In this document: one piece after another, positions 28,528 to 36,129 of the stretch
Layout of the letters: every line of letters begins with the position of its first letter
Numbering within the stretch: the stretch's first letter is position 1
Source: Anaerolineae bacterium
GTDB lineage: Bacteria; Chloroflexota; Anaerolineae; B4-G1; DUEL01
Direction: 5' to 3'
Assembly: GCA_034435295.1 (NCBI GenBank)
Contig: DAOTYD010000072.1
Span: 1 to 52,228 of the forward strand
DNA: 52,228 nucleotides
The notes under the pieces: generated by a model
Told to the model about the DNA's origin: nothing
Seen by the model: the letters and a program-made list of their open reading frames with translations, nothing else
Databases searched by the model: none
Made by a program: the position numbers and the translations under genes

Positions 28528-28556
28528 ATTATAAGAAACTCTTCCGAAAATGTCAA
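28528..28556 (-). promoter_or_regulatory. Consensus sigma70 promoter TTGACA-N17-TATAAT for the Lrp gene
   Basis: The minus strand reads cTTGACAttttcggaagagtttctTATAATacg. The -35 is at 28556-28551 and the -10 at 28533-28528. The ATG at 28495 has RBS gggggagagg. Confidence 0.75.
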
Positions 28557-28557
28557 G

Positions 28558-28584
28558 CTTTGTGTTCTTTGTGTCCTTTGTGGT
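28558..28584. repeat. Three direct 9-nt repeats (ctttgtgNN) abutting the -35 box of the Lrp promoter
   Basis: ctttgtgtt ctttgtgtc ctttgtggt, read directly. Confidence 0.85.
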
Positions 28585-28722
28585 AGAGGAAAACGCGCCA
28601 CGCTATGCAGAAGATGCCCACGGCAAGCATTTACCCCAGATCAAGACAAACCGGTCCAGGGAGCTGTCAAGTACCTCTTCGCCGGGGGCGAGAGGAAGGA
28701 GACAAGGGGAGAGAGGCGGTTG

Positions 28723-29532
28723 TCAGGGAAAGAGGGGTGGGGCAGAGATGAGGGTGCCGGGGGCGAAGGAGGGATCGACCAGGGCGCGTCGCACCAGGTC
28801 AGGCTCCAGGCCAGAGAAGATGCGCACGCAGAGGGCGGGGTAGCGCTCGACCAGGGCGACCATACGCGCCACTTTGTCGGCCATGCCGCCGGTGACGTCG
28901 ACGCTGGCCGAGCCGCCAAGGACGGCGCGGAGCGCGCTCAGGCTCGCCGGAGAGATGTGCGCGACCGTCCGGCCCTGGCCGTCGAGCACGCCGGCCTCGG
29001 CGCCGACCAGCAGAATGCGCTGCGGGCCCAGCACATCGGTCAGGTAGACAAAGAGGTCTTCTGTGGAGATGATCGTCCCGCCGCGCACGCTGTCGAAAGC
29101 GACGTCGCCATAGACCAGCGGCACCAGGCCGTGGTCGAGGGCCTCATAGATCGGTTCGATGGCCAGGTGGCGCAGGACGCCATCCCGGCAGCGGGCCGAG
29201 GCGGAGGGCTGGATGCTGAGCACGGGCACGCCAGCCTCCAGGAGGACATCGGTCACGATGCGGTTGAGGCGGGCCGCCGCCGCTGCGACGTGAGCATAGC
29301 CGCGCCACTGGTCGGCGCTGTGCACGCCCTGGCGGGTGCCATAGGGCGCTGCCGCCTGATGGCCGAAGGAACCCGACCCGTGGCCCACCAGCAGACGCAG
29401 GTCGGGCCGCCCGGCCAGGGCCTGGGCGATCTCGGCGGCCAGACGCTGCAGGTGCTCAGGGCGCGCCGTGTAGGGACGGGCTTTGTCCGTAATGAGCGAG
29501 CCGCCCAGCTTGAGAAAGGCCAGTTCGGACAT
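28723..29532 (-). CDS. Isopentenyl phosphate kinase (amino-acid-kinase fold)
   Basis: The motifs are FLKLGGSLITDK, VGHGSGSFGH and VTGGMADKV. Confidence 0.75.
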   Translation of the reverse strand: MSELAFLKLGGSLITDKARPYTARPEHLQRLAAEIAQALAGRPDLRLLVGHGSGSFGHQAAAPYGTRQGVHSADQWRGYAHVAAAAARLNRIVTDVLLEAGVPVLSIQPSASARCRDGVLRHLAIEPIYEALDHGLVPLVYGDVAFDSVRGGTIISTEDLFVYLTDVLGPQRILLVGAEAGVLDGQGRTVAHISPASLSALRAVLGGSASVDVTGGMADKVARMVALVERYPALCVRIFSGLEPDLVRRALVDPSFAPGTLISAPPLFP

Positions 29533-29536
29533 GGTC

Positions 29537-30460
29537 TCAGACCACCGTCGTCGGGATCACCCGGGCGGCGACCGCTTCCAGCGCCGCCTGCACCGCAGCG
29601 GCCCGCTCCGGCTGCACCAGGGCGACGACCGAGCCGCCGCCGCCAGCGCCGGAGAGCTTGGCCCCGCAGGCGCCGGCCTGCCGCGCCGCCTGCACCAGGC
29701 CATCGAGCTCCGGCGTCGAGACGCCCATCTCCTGCAGCAGGGCGTGGTTGCGGTCCATCAGCGCCCCCAGCGCGGCGACCAGGCCGGCCTCGATGGCCTG
29801 GCGGGCCTGCTCGACCAGGCCGCCGATCTGGTCGAAGAGCGCCTCGTAGTGAGCCGGGTCAGCCTGCCAGCGCTGACGCACGCCGCCGACGACCTGACGG
29901 GTGGAGCTGGGAATGCCGCTGTCGGCGATCAGCAGCGAAAGCGGCGCGCCGACGGCAAAGGTCTGCGGCGGTTGCTGGCGCAAAAAATAGACGGGCTGCT
30001 CGTAGACGACGACGGTGTTGTCGATGCCGCTGGGGGTGCCGTGGTGGAGTTTTTCCACCTCCAGCACCAGGCTGCTGATCTCGGCTGGCGACAGCTCGGC
30101 GCCGACAAAGGCGACCAGGGCGCGGACGATGGCGGCAGCGACCGCCGCGCCGCTGCCCATCCCGCCGGCGATGGGGATGGTCGAACGGACCGTGACCAGC
30201 CCATCCAGCCCGGCCAGGTCGAGGTGGGCCAGGGTGTGATAGGCTGCTGCCGCCAGCGGGTCGTCCAGCGGCGCCTCGCCCAGGCGCGCCGTGCGCCCCA
30301 GGTCGAGCGCCACCAGCGTCAGGCCGCTGCCCGGCGGGAGCGGCTCGACGGTGGCCGTGGCCCGCACCTGCGAGACCGGCACGGCAATGGCCGGCCGCCC
30401 GTAGACGACGGCATGCTCACCCAACAGGATCACTTTTCCCGGCGCCGAAGCCTGAACCAT
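29537..30460 (-). CDS. mvk: Mevalonate kinase (GHMP family)
   Basis: The motifs are APGKVILLGEHAVVYG, the GHMP motif IPIAGGMGSGAAVAAA, and KLSGAGGGG. Confidence 0.85.
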   Translation of the reverse strand: MVQASAPGKVILLGEHAVVYGRPAIAVPVSQVRATATVEPLPPGSGLTLVALDLGRTARLGEAPLDDPLAAAAYHTLAHLDLAGLDGLVTVRSTIPIAGGMGSGAAVAAAIVRALVAFVGAELSPAEISSLVLEVEKLHHGTPSGIDNTVVVYEQPVYFLRQQPPQTFAVGAPLSLLIADSGIPSSTRQVVGGVRQRWQADPAHYEALFDQIGGLVEQARQAIEAGLVAALGALMDRNHALLQEMGVSTPELDGLVQAARQAGACGAKLSGAGGGGSVVALVQPERAAAVQAALEAVAARVIPTTVV

Positions 30461-30467
30461 CTCTGTC

Positions 30468-31337
30468 CTAGAAAAGATACATCGTCAACACCACGGCCAG
30501 GGCCCACAACAGCACAGTCGCTTGCAGTGGCCGGTCGTGCAGGACGATCTCTTCCGGCTCGCCGCCCAGCCCCTTCACCTGGACCAGGTAAAGGTAGCGA
30601 AAGACGGCATAGAGAACGAAAGGGATGGTCAGCATCATCAGGTGGTTGGCCGGCAGGTTGGGGGCGGAGAAGGTGTAGAAGGCATAGGAGACCAGCGTCG
30701 CCGCGCTGACGATGCCCAGGAGCTGGTCCAGCAGCGGCAGGCTGTACTCTTGCAGGCTCTCGCGGTGGCTGTTGGCGTTTTCCTGGAGCAGCGCCAGCTC
30801 GTGGCGGCGCTTGGCAAAGCCGAAAAGGAGGGACAGCAGGGCCATGCAGATGTACATCCAGGGCGAGAAGCGCTCGGCGTCGACGAGGGGGACGCCGGCG
30901 GCCACGCGCAGCACAAAGCCGGCGGCGATGACAAAGACGTCGAGAATGACCAGGTTCTTGAGCCAGAAAGAGTAGCCGATCTGGATGAGCAGATAGAGGG
31001 TGAGGATGACGCCAAAGGCGGGGTCGAGCAGAAAGCCCAGCGGCAGGCCGATCAGGAGGAACAGGGCGGCAGCGGCGAGGGCAATGCTGCGGGGGAGGCG
31101 GCCTGCGGCAATGGGGCGGTTCCGTTTGCGCGGATGCTGGCGGTCCTTCTCGGCATCGACCAGGTCGTTGATGATGTAGACGGTGCCCGAGATCAGACAG
31201 AGCAGCAGCAACCCCAGCACCGTGCGGCCTACGTAGGTCACCTGGCCCAGTTTGTGGTCGAAGACAAGCGGGGCAAAAACGACGACGTTCTTGACCCATT
31301 GCCTGGGGCGCATGGTTTTGAGCAGATCGATGAGCAT
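30468..31337 (-). CDS. UbiA-family prenyltransferase, decaprenyl-phosphate phosphoribosyltransferase-like
   Basis: MRPRQWVKNVVVFAPLVF and YIINDLVDAEKDRQHPRKRNRPIAAG (NDxxDxxxD). The start at MLIDLL was chosen because the longer ORF would overlap the divergent promoter. Confidence 0.7.
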   Translation of the reverse strand: MLIDLLKTMRPRQWVKNVVVFAPLVFDHKLGQVTYVGRTVLGLLLLCLISGTVYIINDLVDAEKDRQHPRKRNRPIAAGRLPRSIALAAAALFLLIGLPLGFLLDPAFGVILTLYLLIQIGYSFWLKNLVILDVFVIAAGFVLRVAAGVPLVDAERFSPWMYICMALLSLLFGFAKRRHELALLQENANSHRESLQEYSLPLLDQLLGIVSAATLVSYAFYTFSAPNLPANHLMMLTIPFVLYAVFRYLYLVQVKGLGGEPEEIVLHDRPLQATVLLWALAVVLTMYLF

Positions 31338-31346
31338 CACAGGGAA

Positions 31347-31375
31347 ATCATACCAGAAAGGGGCAGTTTGAGCAA
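31347..31375 (-). promoter_or_regulatory. Promoter candidate (TTGCTC-N17-TATGAT) 9 nt upstream of the ubiA-like ATG (near-leaderless geometry)
   Basis: The minus strand reads ttgctc aaactgcccctttctgg tatgat ttccctgtg ATG. Confidence 0.4.
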
Positions 31376-31393
31376 ACGGGGCAAGGGATACGC

Positions 31394-31422
31394 TTGACAA
31401 TCTTTCCCTTTTGCGGCATAAT
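31394..31422 (+). promoter_or_regulatory. Promoter TTGACA-N17-CATAAT driving the T-box leader
   Basis: ttgaca at 31394-31399, a 17-nt spacer, and cataat at 31417-31422. Confidence 0.7.
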
Positions 31423-31444
31423 CGCGTCAACAACCGGATCATGA

Positions 31445-31725
31445 CAAAGGCTGTGACGGAGAGAGTGGGCGGGACCTTTGGGACGCCAGGGAGGTGGGGC
31501 CTGAGACTGGAAGCCTCACCCGAACAAAGCCGCTGAAGTTCGCTCCCGAGCCGACGGGTGAAACCGCGTTGGCGGCAAGTAGCCCGCTCCGCAGGCCCGG
31601 CGTTATCGGGGCAGCCGATTGCGGTCCGACCGCCGTCGGCGCAAAGAGGGCTCGATACGAGCCAGGCGGGGTGGTACCGCGGGAGCCAGCGCTCTCGTCC
31701 CCACGGGCGAGGGCGCTTCTGTTAT
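31445..31725 (+). promoter_or_regulatory. T-box leader (tRNA-sensing riboswitch), specifier UUC = Phe
   Basis: gtga K-turn region at about 31453, AGAGAGU at 31460-31466, CUGAGA distal loop at 31501-31506, specifier GAAG-UUC-G (UUC at 31539-31541), F-box-like gcgttat, T-box core ggGGTGGTACCGCGGga at 31668-31684, and a terminator stem 31688-31699/31706-31717 followed by tctgttattc. Confidence 0.8.
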
Positions 31726-31762
31726 TCGAGAAGACAATATCGCCATAGGAGAAAGAGCTACC

Positions 31763-32307
31763 ATGTACCTGGCCTACCTTGATGAGTCGGGAGACACTGG
31801 CTTGGTGAACAGCCCAACGGCCTATTTTGTCTTGAGCTGCGTCCTGGTTCACGAGTCGAACTGGCTTGAGTCCCTGAATTGCAAAAAGGAGCAGCCGAAA
31901 AAGGATGGGAAGCCCGTTATGCCGCCTGGACGTTTGCGTTACAGCGCATCAATCGCTTCTGCGAAGGTCAGGAATGGGCCATGATTTTCCCTGACCAGGG
32001 ACACGGTTTCTTTATCCGCAGAAGGTTACGTCACATGCGCCGGTATCACAACGTGCCTCGCCATTGGGGAGGCGGGACGATAGCATTCCCCATCCACAGG
32101 ATCGTCGAGGACCCAAATGAGCGAGAGTCACAAGACTCCTATTTCATCCAACTGGCGGATTGGAACGCTTACGCCGCATTCCATTCCCAATATGTTTCGC
32201 CTATTCGGAGCGTGCCCGCTGACCTCTGGGACGAACTGGGTAACCTGTTTGTAAAAGAGGTGAACGCAGTCCGAGGCGGCCCGCCGGGTATCGTGCTATA
32301 CCCCTAA
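31763..32307 (+). pseudogene. DUF3800-family gene interrupted by a +1/-1 frameshift
   Basis: The N-terminal part MYLAYLDESGDTG..FVLSCVLV is in frame 2 (31763-31984). The C-terminal part ..SQDSYFIQLADWNAYAAF is in frame 1 (31870-32307). The switch is near the A5 runs at about 31883-31903. GC is visibly lower than the flanks. Confidence 0.6.
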
Positions 32308-32321
32308 ATAGGCAAAGAAAT

Positions 32322-32341
32322 GCTCCCGGTCAGCCGGGAGC
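32322..32341 (+). other. 8-bp GC hairpin (gctcccgg tcag ccgggagc) between DUF3800 and pheS
   Basis: Read directly. There is no U-tract, so terminator function is uncertain. Confidence 0.4.
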
Positions 32342-32468
32342 GGGGGAGCAGTCCTACCCCACGGCATCGGCCGGGATCAGACTGCACTCATATTGTATAG
32401 CAAGTCGAACACATTGTCAATACTGTGGATTACCATGTGCACCTTACCGATACAAGGAACAATGCAAG

Positions 32469-33491
32469 ATGGATGAGAAGCTAACACAAATCCAGGATCA
32501 GGCTTTATCCGCTTTGGAAGCAGTCCAACACGCCGACGCGCTGGCCGAGTGGCACCGCCGCTACCTGGGCAAAAAAGGCGAACTGACCCAACTGCTCCGT
32601 TCGGTCAAGGACCTGCCGCCCGAGCAGCGTCCCGCCTTTGGCCAGGCCGCCAATGAAGCCAAGGCAGTGCTGGAAGCCGCCTATCAGGCCCGCCTTGAGG
32701 CGCTGCGCCAGGAGGAACTGATGGAGGAACTGCAGCGCGGCGCCCTCGACGTCACCCTGCCCGGCCGCACCACGCCCCCCGGCCACCTCCACATCACCAC
32801 CCAGACGCTGCGCCAGATCTATGCCATCTTTGCCGAGATGGGCTTTCAGGTCTATGAAGCGCCCGACGTGGAGACCGACGAGCTCAACTTTGGCCTGCTC
32901 AACATGCCTCCCCACCACCCGGCCCGCGATATGTGGGACACCTTCTGGATCAGCGAGGGGGTGCTGCTGCGCACGCACACCTCGCCGGGCCAGATCCGCG
33001 TCATGCGCGAGCGCTGCCCCGAACCCATCCGCGTCATCCTCCCCGGCAAGTGCTACCGCTACGAGCAGATCACAGCCCGCTCCGAACACCAGTTCTACCA
33101 GGTCGAAGGGCTGGCGGTAGGCCACAACATCACCATGACCGACCTGATCGGCACGCTGAGCCAGTTTGCCCGCCGCTTTTACCGCACCGAAGGGCGCCTG
33201 CGCATCCGCAGCTCCTACTTCCCCTTCACCGAGCCCAGCATCGAAGCGGACATCGACTGCATCCTCTGCGGCGGCAAGGGCTGCCGCGTCTGCAAATACT
33301 CCGGCTGGCTGGAAATCGCCGGCGCGGGAATGGTGCATCCGGTGGTGCTCGAAAACGGCGGCTATGACCCCGCCGAATGGAGCGGCTTTGCCTTCGGCCT
33401 GGGCGTCGAGCGCCCCGCCATGCTCAAGTACGACATCGACGACATCCGCCTCTTTTACGACAACGACCTGCGCTTCCTGCGCCAGTTCTGA
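32469..33491 (+). CDS. pheS: Phenylalanine--tRNA ligase alpha subunit
   Basis: 340 aa with the class II aaRS motifs HPARDMWDTF, LLRTHTSPGQIR and GAGMVHP..FAFGLGVERPAML. Confidence 0.95.
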   Translation: MDEKLTQIQDQALSALEAVQHADALAEWHRRYLGKKGELTQLLRSVKDLPPEQRPAFGQAANEAKAVLEAAYQARLEALRQEELMEELQRGALDVTLPGRTTPPGHLHITTQTLRQIYAIFAEMGFQVYEAPDVETDELNFGLLNMPPHHPARDMWDTFWISEGVLLRTHTSPGQIRVMRERCPEPIRVILPGKCYRYEQITARSEHQFYQVEGLAVGHNITMTDLIGTLSQFARRFYRTEGRLRIRSSYFPFTEPSIEADIDCILCGGKGCRVCKYSGWLEIAGAGMVHPVVLENGGYDPAEWSGFAFGLGVERPAMLKYDIDDIRLFYDNDLRFLRQF

Positions 33492-33512
33492 CACGGCAGA
33501 AGGAGACAAGCA

Positions 33513-36116
33513 ATGAAAATCCCCCTGTCCTGGCTCAAAGAATACGTCGACATCGACCTGCCCATCCCCGCCCTGGCCGAACGGCTGACGCTGGCCGGCC
33601 TGGAAGTGGAAACGGTCAACTATATCGGCCTGCCGGGCGCGGCGCTGCCGTGGGACCCCGACAAGATCGTCATCGGCGAGGTCGTCGCCGTCCATCCGCA
33701 CCCCGAAGCCGACCGCCTGGTGCTGGCCGAGGTGAACTATGGCGGCCCCGAAACCGAGGTGGTCGTCTCCGGCCCGCCCAGCCTGAAGCGGATCGAAGGG
33801 CAGAGCGGGCTGCACCTCAAAGTGGCCTTTGCCTTCGAGGGCGCCCGCCTGTGGGACCCCTATTCCGCCGAGCCGCAGATCAAGACGCTGAAAAAGTCCA
33901 AAATCCGTGGCGTCGTCTCGCGGGCGATGGTCTGCTCGGAAAAAGAGCTGGGCCTCTCCGACGAGCACGAGGACATCATCTACCTGCCCGACGACGCGCC
34001 GGTCGGCATGCCGCTGGTCGATTACCTGGGCGACGCGGTGCTCGAGTTCGACATCAAGGGGCCGTTTGCCCATCTCTACTCGGTCGTCGGCGTGGCCCGC
34101 GAGGTGGCAGCGCTGCTGGGCGTGCCGCTGCGACGCGACGCGCTGGAGGTGCTGGAGCGCCACCCGGCCGGGTTGACCGCTACCCCCTCTTTCATCGAAC
34201 TGGAGATCGCCGATCCCGACCTCTGCCCGCGCTACTCGGCAGCGATGATCCGCGGCGTGACGGTGCGCCCATCGCCGCTGTGGATGCAGATGCGCCTGCG
34301 TTATGCCGGCATGCGCCCGATCAACAACATCGTCGACGTCACCAACTATGTGATGCTCGAACTGGGCCAGCCGCTGCACGCCTTCGACTACCACGTCCTG
34401 CGGGCGCGACCGGGGGCAGAGACGCCCGCCATCATCGTCCGCCGCGCCCGCCCCGGCGAGCAGATGCGCACGCTCGACGGCGAGCTGCGCACCTTCGACA
34501 GCGAAATGCTGCTCATCACCGACGGCGGCGGGCCGGTGGCAGTGGCCGGCGTCATGGGCGGCCTGGAAAGCGAGATCACCGACGCCACAACCGACATCCT
34601 GCTCGAATCGGCCAACTTTCACTTCCTCAGCATCCGCCGCACCTCGCGCCTGCTGGGGCTGGCCAGCGAGTCGAGCGTGCGCTTTGGCCGGCGGGTCGAC
34701 CCCGAGCTGACGGTCAAAGCAGCCGCCCGCGCCGCTCACCTCATGGTCGAACTCGGCGGCGGCACGGTCGTCCCCCTCATCGGCGACCTCTACCCCGGCC
34801 GCCAGCCGCAGCGGGTCATCGAGCTCGACCCCGCCTACGTCGCCCGCATCCTGGGCATCGAGATACCGGTCGAGGAGATAACGCGCATCCTCACCTCGCT
34901 GGAGTTCGAAGTGGGCAAGGAGGCAAGTGAGCAAGTGGGCAAGGAGGCAAGTGAGCAAGTGGGCAAGTCGGCAAGTACGCAAGAACCTGCAAACTTGCAG
35001 ACTTGCAAACTTGCAAACATCCCCGCGTCTCCCCCTCTCCGCGTCTCCATTCCCTCCCACCGCCAGGACGTCACCCGCCCGGTGGACCTGATGGAGGAAG
35101 TGGGGCGCATCTGGGGCTATGACCGCTTCCCGGCGACGCTCATCCGCGACGAGATGCCGCCGCAACGGGCCAATCCTCGCCTGGAAGGGATCGAACGGCT
35201 GCGCGACCTGCTGGTCGGCCTGGGCCTTGACGAGGTCATCACCTATTCGCTGGTTGACGCCGAAGAGGAGCGTCCCTTCCATCCCCCCGCCGCGCCCTTC
35301 GACGCAGAGAGATACCTGCGCCTGCGCAACCCCCTCTCCAGCGACCGCTCCGCCCTGCGCCAGACGCTGCTGCCTTCGCTGCTGCACGTCGCGCGCAAAA
35401 ACCTGCGCTTCCTCGACCGCGTCGCCGTGTTCGAGATCGCCGCGGTCTATCTGCCGGTGGAGGGACAGACCCTGCCCGAAGAGCCGCGCCGGCTGGGCAT
35501 CGTCATGACCGGCCCCCGCGAGGAGCGTTCGTGGATCGCCGGGCAGGACCGCTCGCCGATGGGCTTTTACGAGCTGAAGGGCGTGGTCGAGACGCTGCTG
35601 GCGCGCCTGGGGGTGGAGGGGACGTTCGTTCCGCACCAGCACCCGGCTTTCCACCCCGGCCGCTGCGCCCGGCTGCACATCGGTGAGCAGACGCCCGGCG
35701 TGATGGGCGAGCTTCATCCGCAGGTGCGAGAAGCTTTCGGCCTGCCCTCCCAGCCCGTCTGCGCCCTCGAGTTCGATCTGGAGGAGCTGTTGGCCGCCGG
35801 CGACCGGGCGCGCAAGATGAAGCCCATTTCCACCCATCCGCCGGTCTACGAGGACCTGGCGGTGGTGGTGGACGAGGCGCTGCCGGCGGCGAGTGTGTAC
35901 CGGGTCATCATGCAGGCTGGCGGCGCGTTGCTCCGTTCGGCCGAACTGTTCGATGTCTACCGTGGCGAGCAGATCGGCGCCGGGCGCAAGAGCCTGGCTT
36001 ACCGCCTCACCTACCAGGCCGACGACCGCACCCTGACCGATCAGGACGCCAGCAAATTGCGCGCCAGGATCGTGCGCACGCTGGAGCGCGAGCTGGGCGC
36101 AGCGCTGCGCGGCTAG
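33513..36116 (+). CDS. pheT: Phenylalanine--tRNA ligase beta subunit (with an in-frame repeat insertion)
   Basis: MKIPLSWLKEYVD.., tRNA-binding, B3/4, B5 and FDX-ACB domains are recognisable (IPSHRQDVTRPVDLMEEVGRIWGYD; KSLAYRLTYQ). RBS aggaga is present. Confidence 0.95.
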   Translation: MKIPLSWLKEYVDIDLPIPALAERLTLAGLEVETVNYIGLPGAALPWDPDKIVIGEVVAVHPHPEADRLVLAEVNYGGPETEVVVSGPPSLKRIEGQSGLHLKVAFAFEGARLWDPYSAEPQIKTLKKSKIRGVVSRAMVCSEKELGLSDEHEDIIYLPDDAPVGMPLVDYLGDAVLEFDIKGPFAHLYSVVGVAREVAALLGVPLRRDALEVLERHPAGLTATPSFIELEIADPDLCPRYSAAMIRGVTVRPSPLWMQMRLRYAGMRPINNIVDVTNYVMLELGQPLHAFDYHVLRARPGAETPAIIVRRARPGEQMRTLDGELRTFDSEMLLITDGGGPVAVAGVMGGLESEITDATTDILLESANFHFLSIRRTSRLLGLASESSVRFGRRVDPELTVKAAARAAHLMVELGGGTVVPLIGDLYPGRQPQRVIELDPAYVARILGIEIPVEEITRILTSLEFEVGKEASEQVGKEASEQVGKSASTQEPANLQTCKLANIPASPPLRVSIPSHRQDVTRPVDLMEEVGRIWGYDRFPATLIRDEMPPQRANPRLEGIERLRDLLVGLGLDEVITYSLVDAEEERPFHPPAAPFDAERYLRLRNPLSSDRSALRQTLLPSLLHVARKNLRFLDRVAVFEIAAVYLPVEGQTLPEEPRRLGIVMTGPREERSWIAGQDRSPMGFYELKGVVETLLARLGVEGTFVPHQHPAFHPGRCARLHIGEQTPGVMGELHPQVREAFGLPSQPVCALEFDLEELLAAGDRARKMKPISTHPPVYEDLAVVVDEALPAASVYRVIMQAGGALLRSAELFDVYRGEQIGAGRKSLAYRLTYQADDRTLTDQDASKLRARIVRTLERELGAALRG
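34915..35017. repeat. Octamer tandem-repeat hairpin (gcaagNNN x9, then NNNcttgc x3-4) inside pheT
   Basis: An exact 24-nt duplication (34911-34934 = 34935-34958). The inverted arm is cctgcaaacttgcagacttgcaaacttgcaaa. It is translated as GKEASEQVGKEASEQVGKSASTQEPANLQTCKLAN. Confidence 0.9.
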
Positions 36117-36129
36117 AGGCGGCGATCCG

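Noticed and set aside
28640-28740. Purine-rich stretch (gagaggaaggagacaaggggagagagg..) as another heptamer array
   Set aside because: The periodicity is too irregular to call. It lies in the spacer and the 3' end of the ipk gene and was not listed as a feature.
29483-30709. Plus-strand ORFs overlapping ipk, mvk and ubiA (519 aa and 408 aa)
   Set aside because: They are antisense to three genes with clear kinase or prenyltransferase motifs. Their sequences are low-complexity Arg/Ala/Pro/Gly.
31619-31762. ORF-track start at 31619 for the DUF3800 reading frame
   Set aside because: This part overlaps the T-box core and terminator. The DUF3800 signature begins at the ATG at 31763, preceded by aggagaaag.
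32390-32468. Dedicated pheS promoter (TTGTAT-N17-GTCAAT or TTGTCA-based)
   Set aside because: The candidate -10 hexamers match the consensus poorly, so they cannot be supported from sequence alone. The question is left open in the T-box finding.
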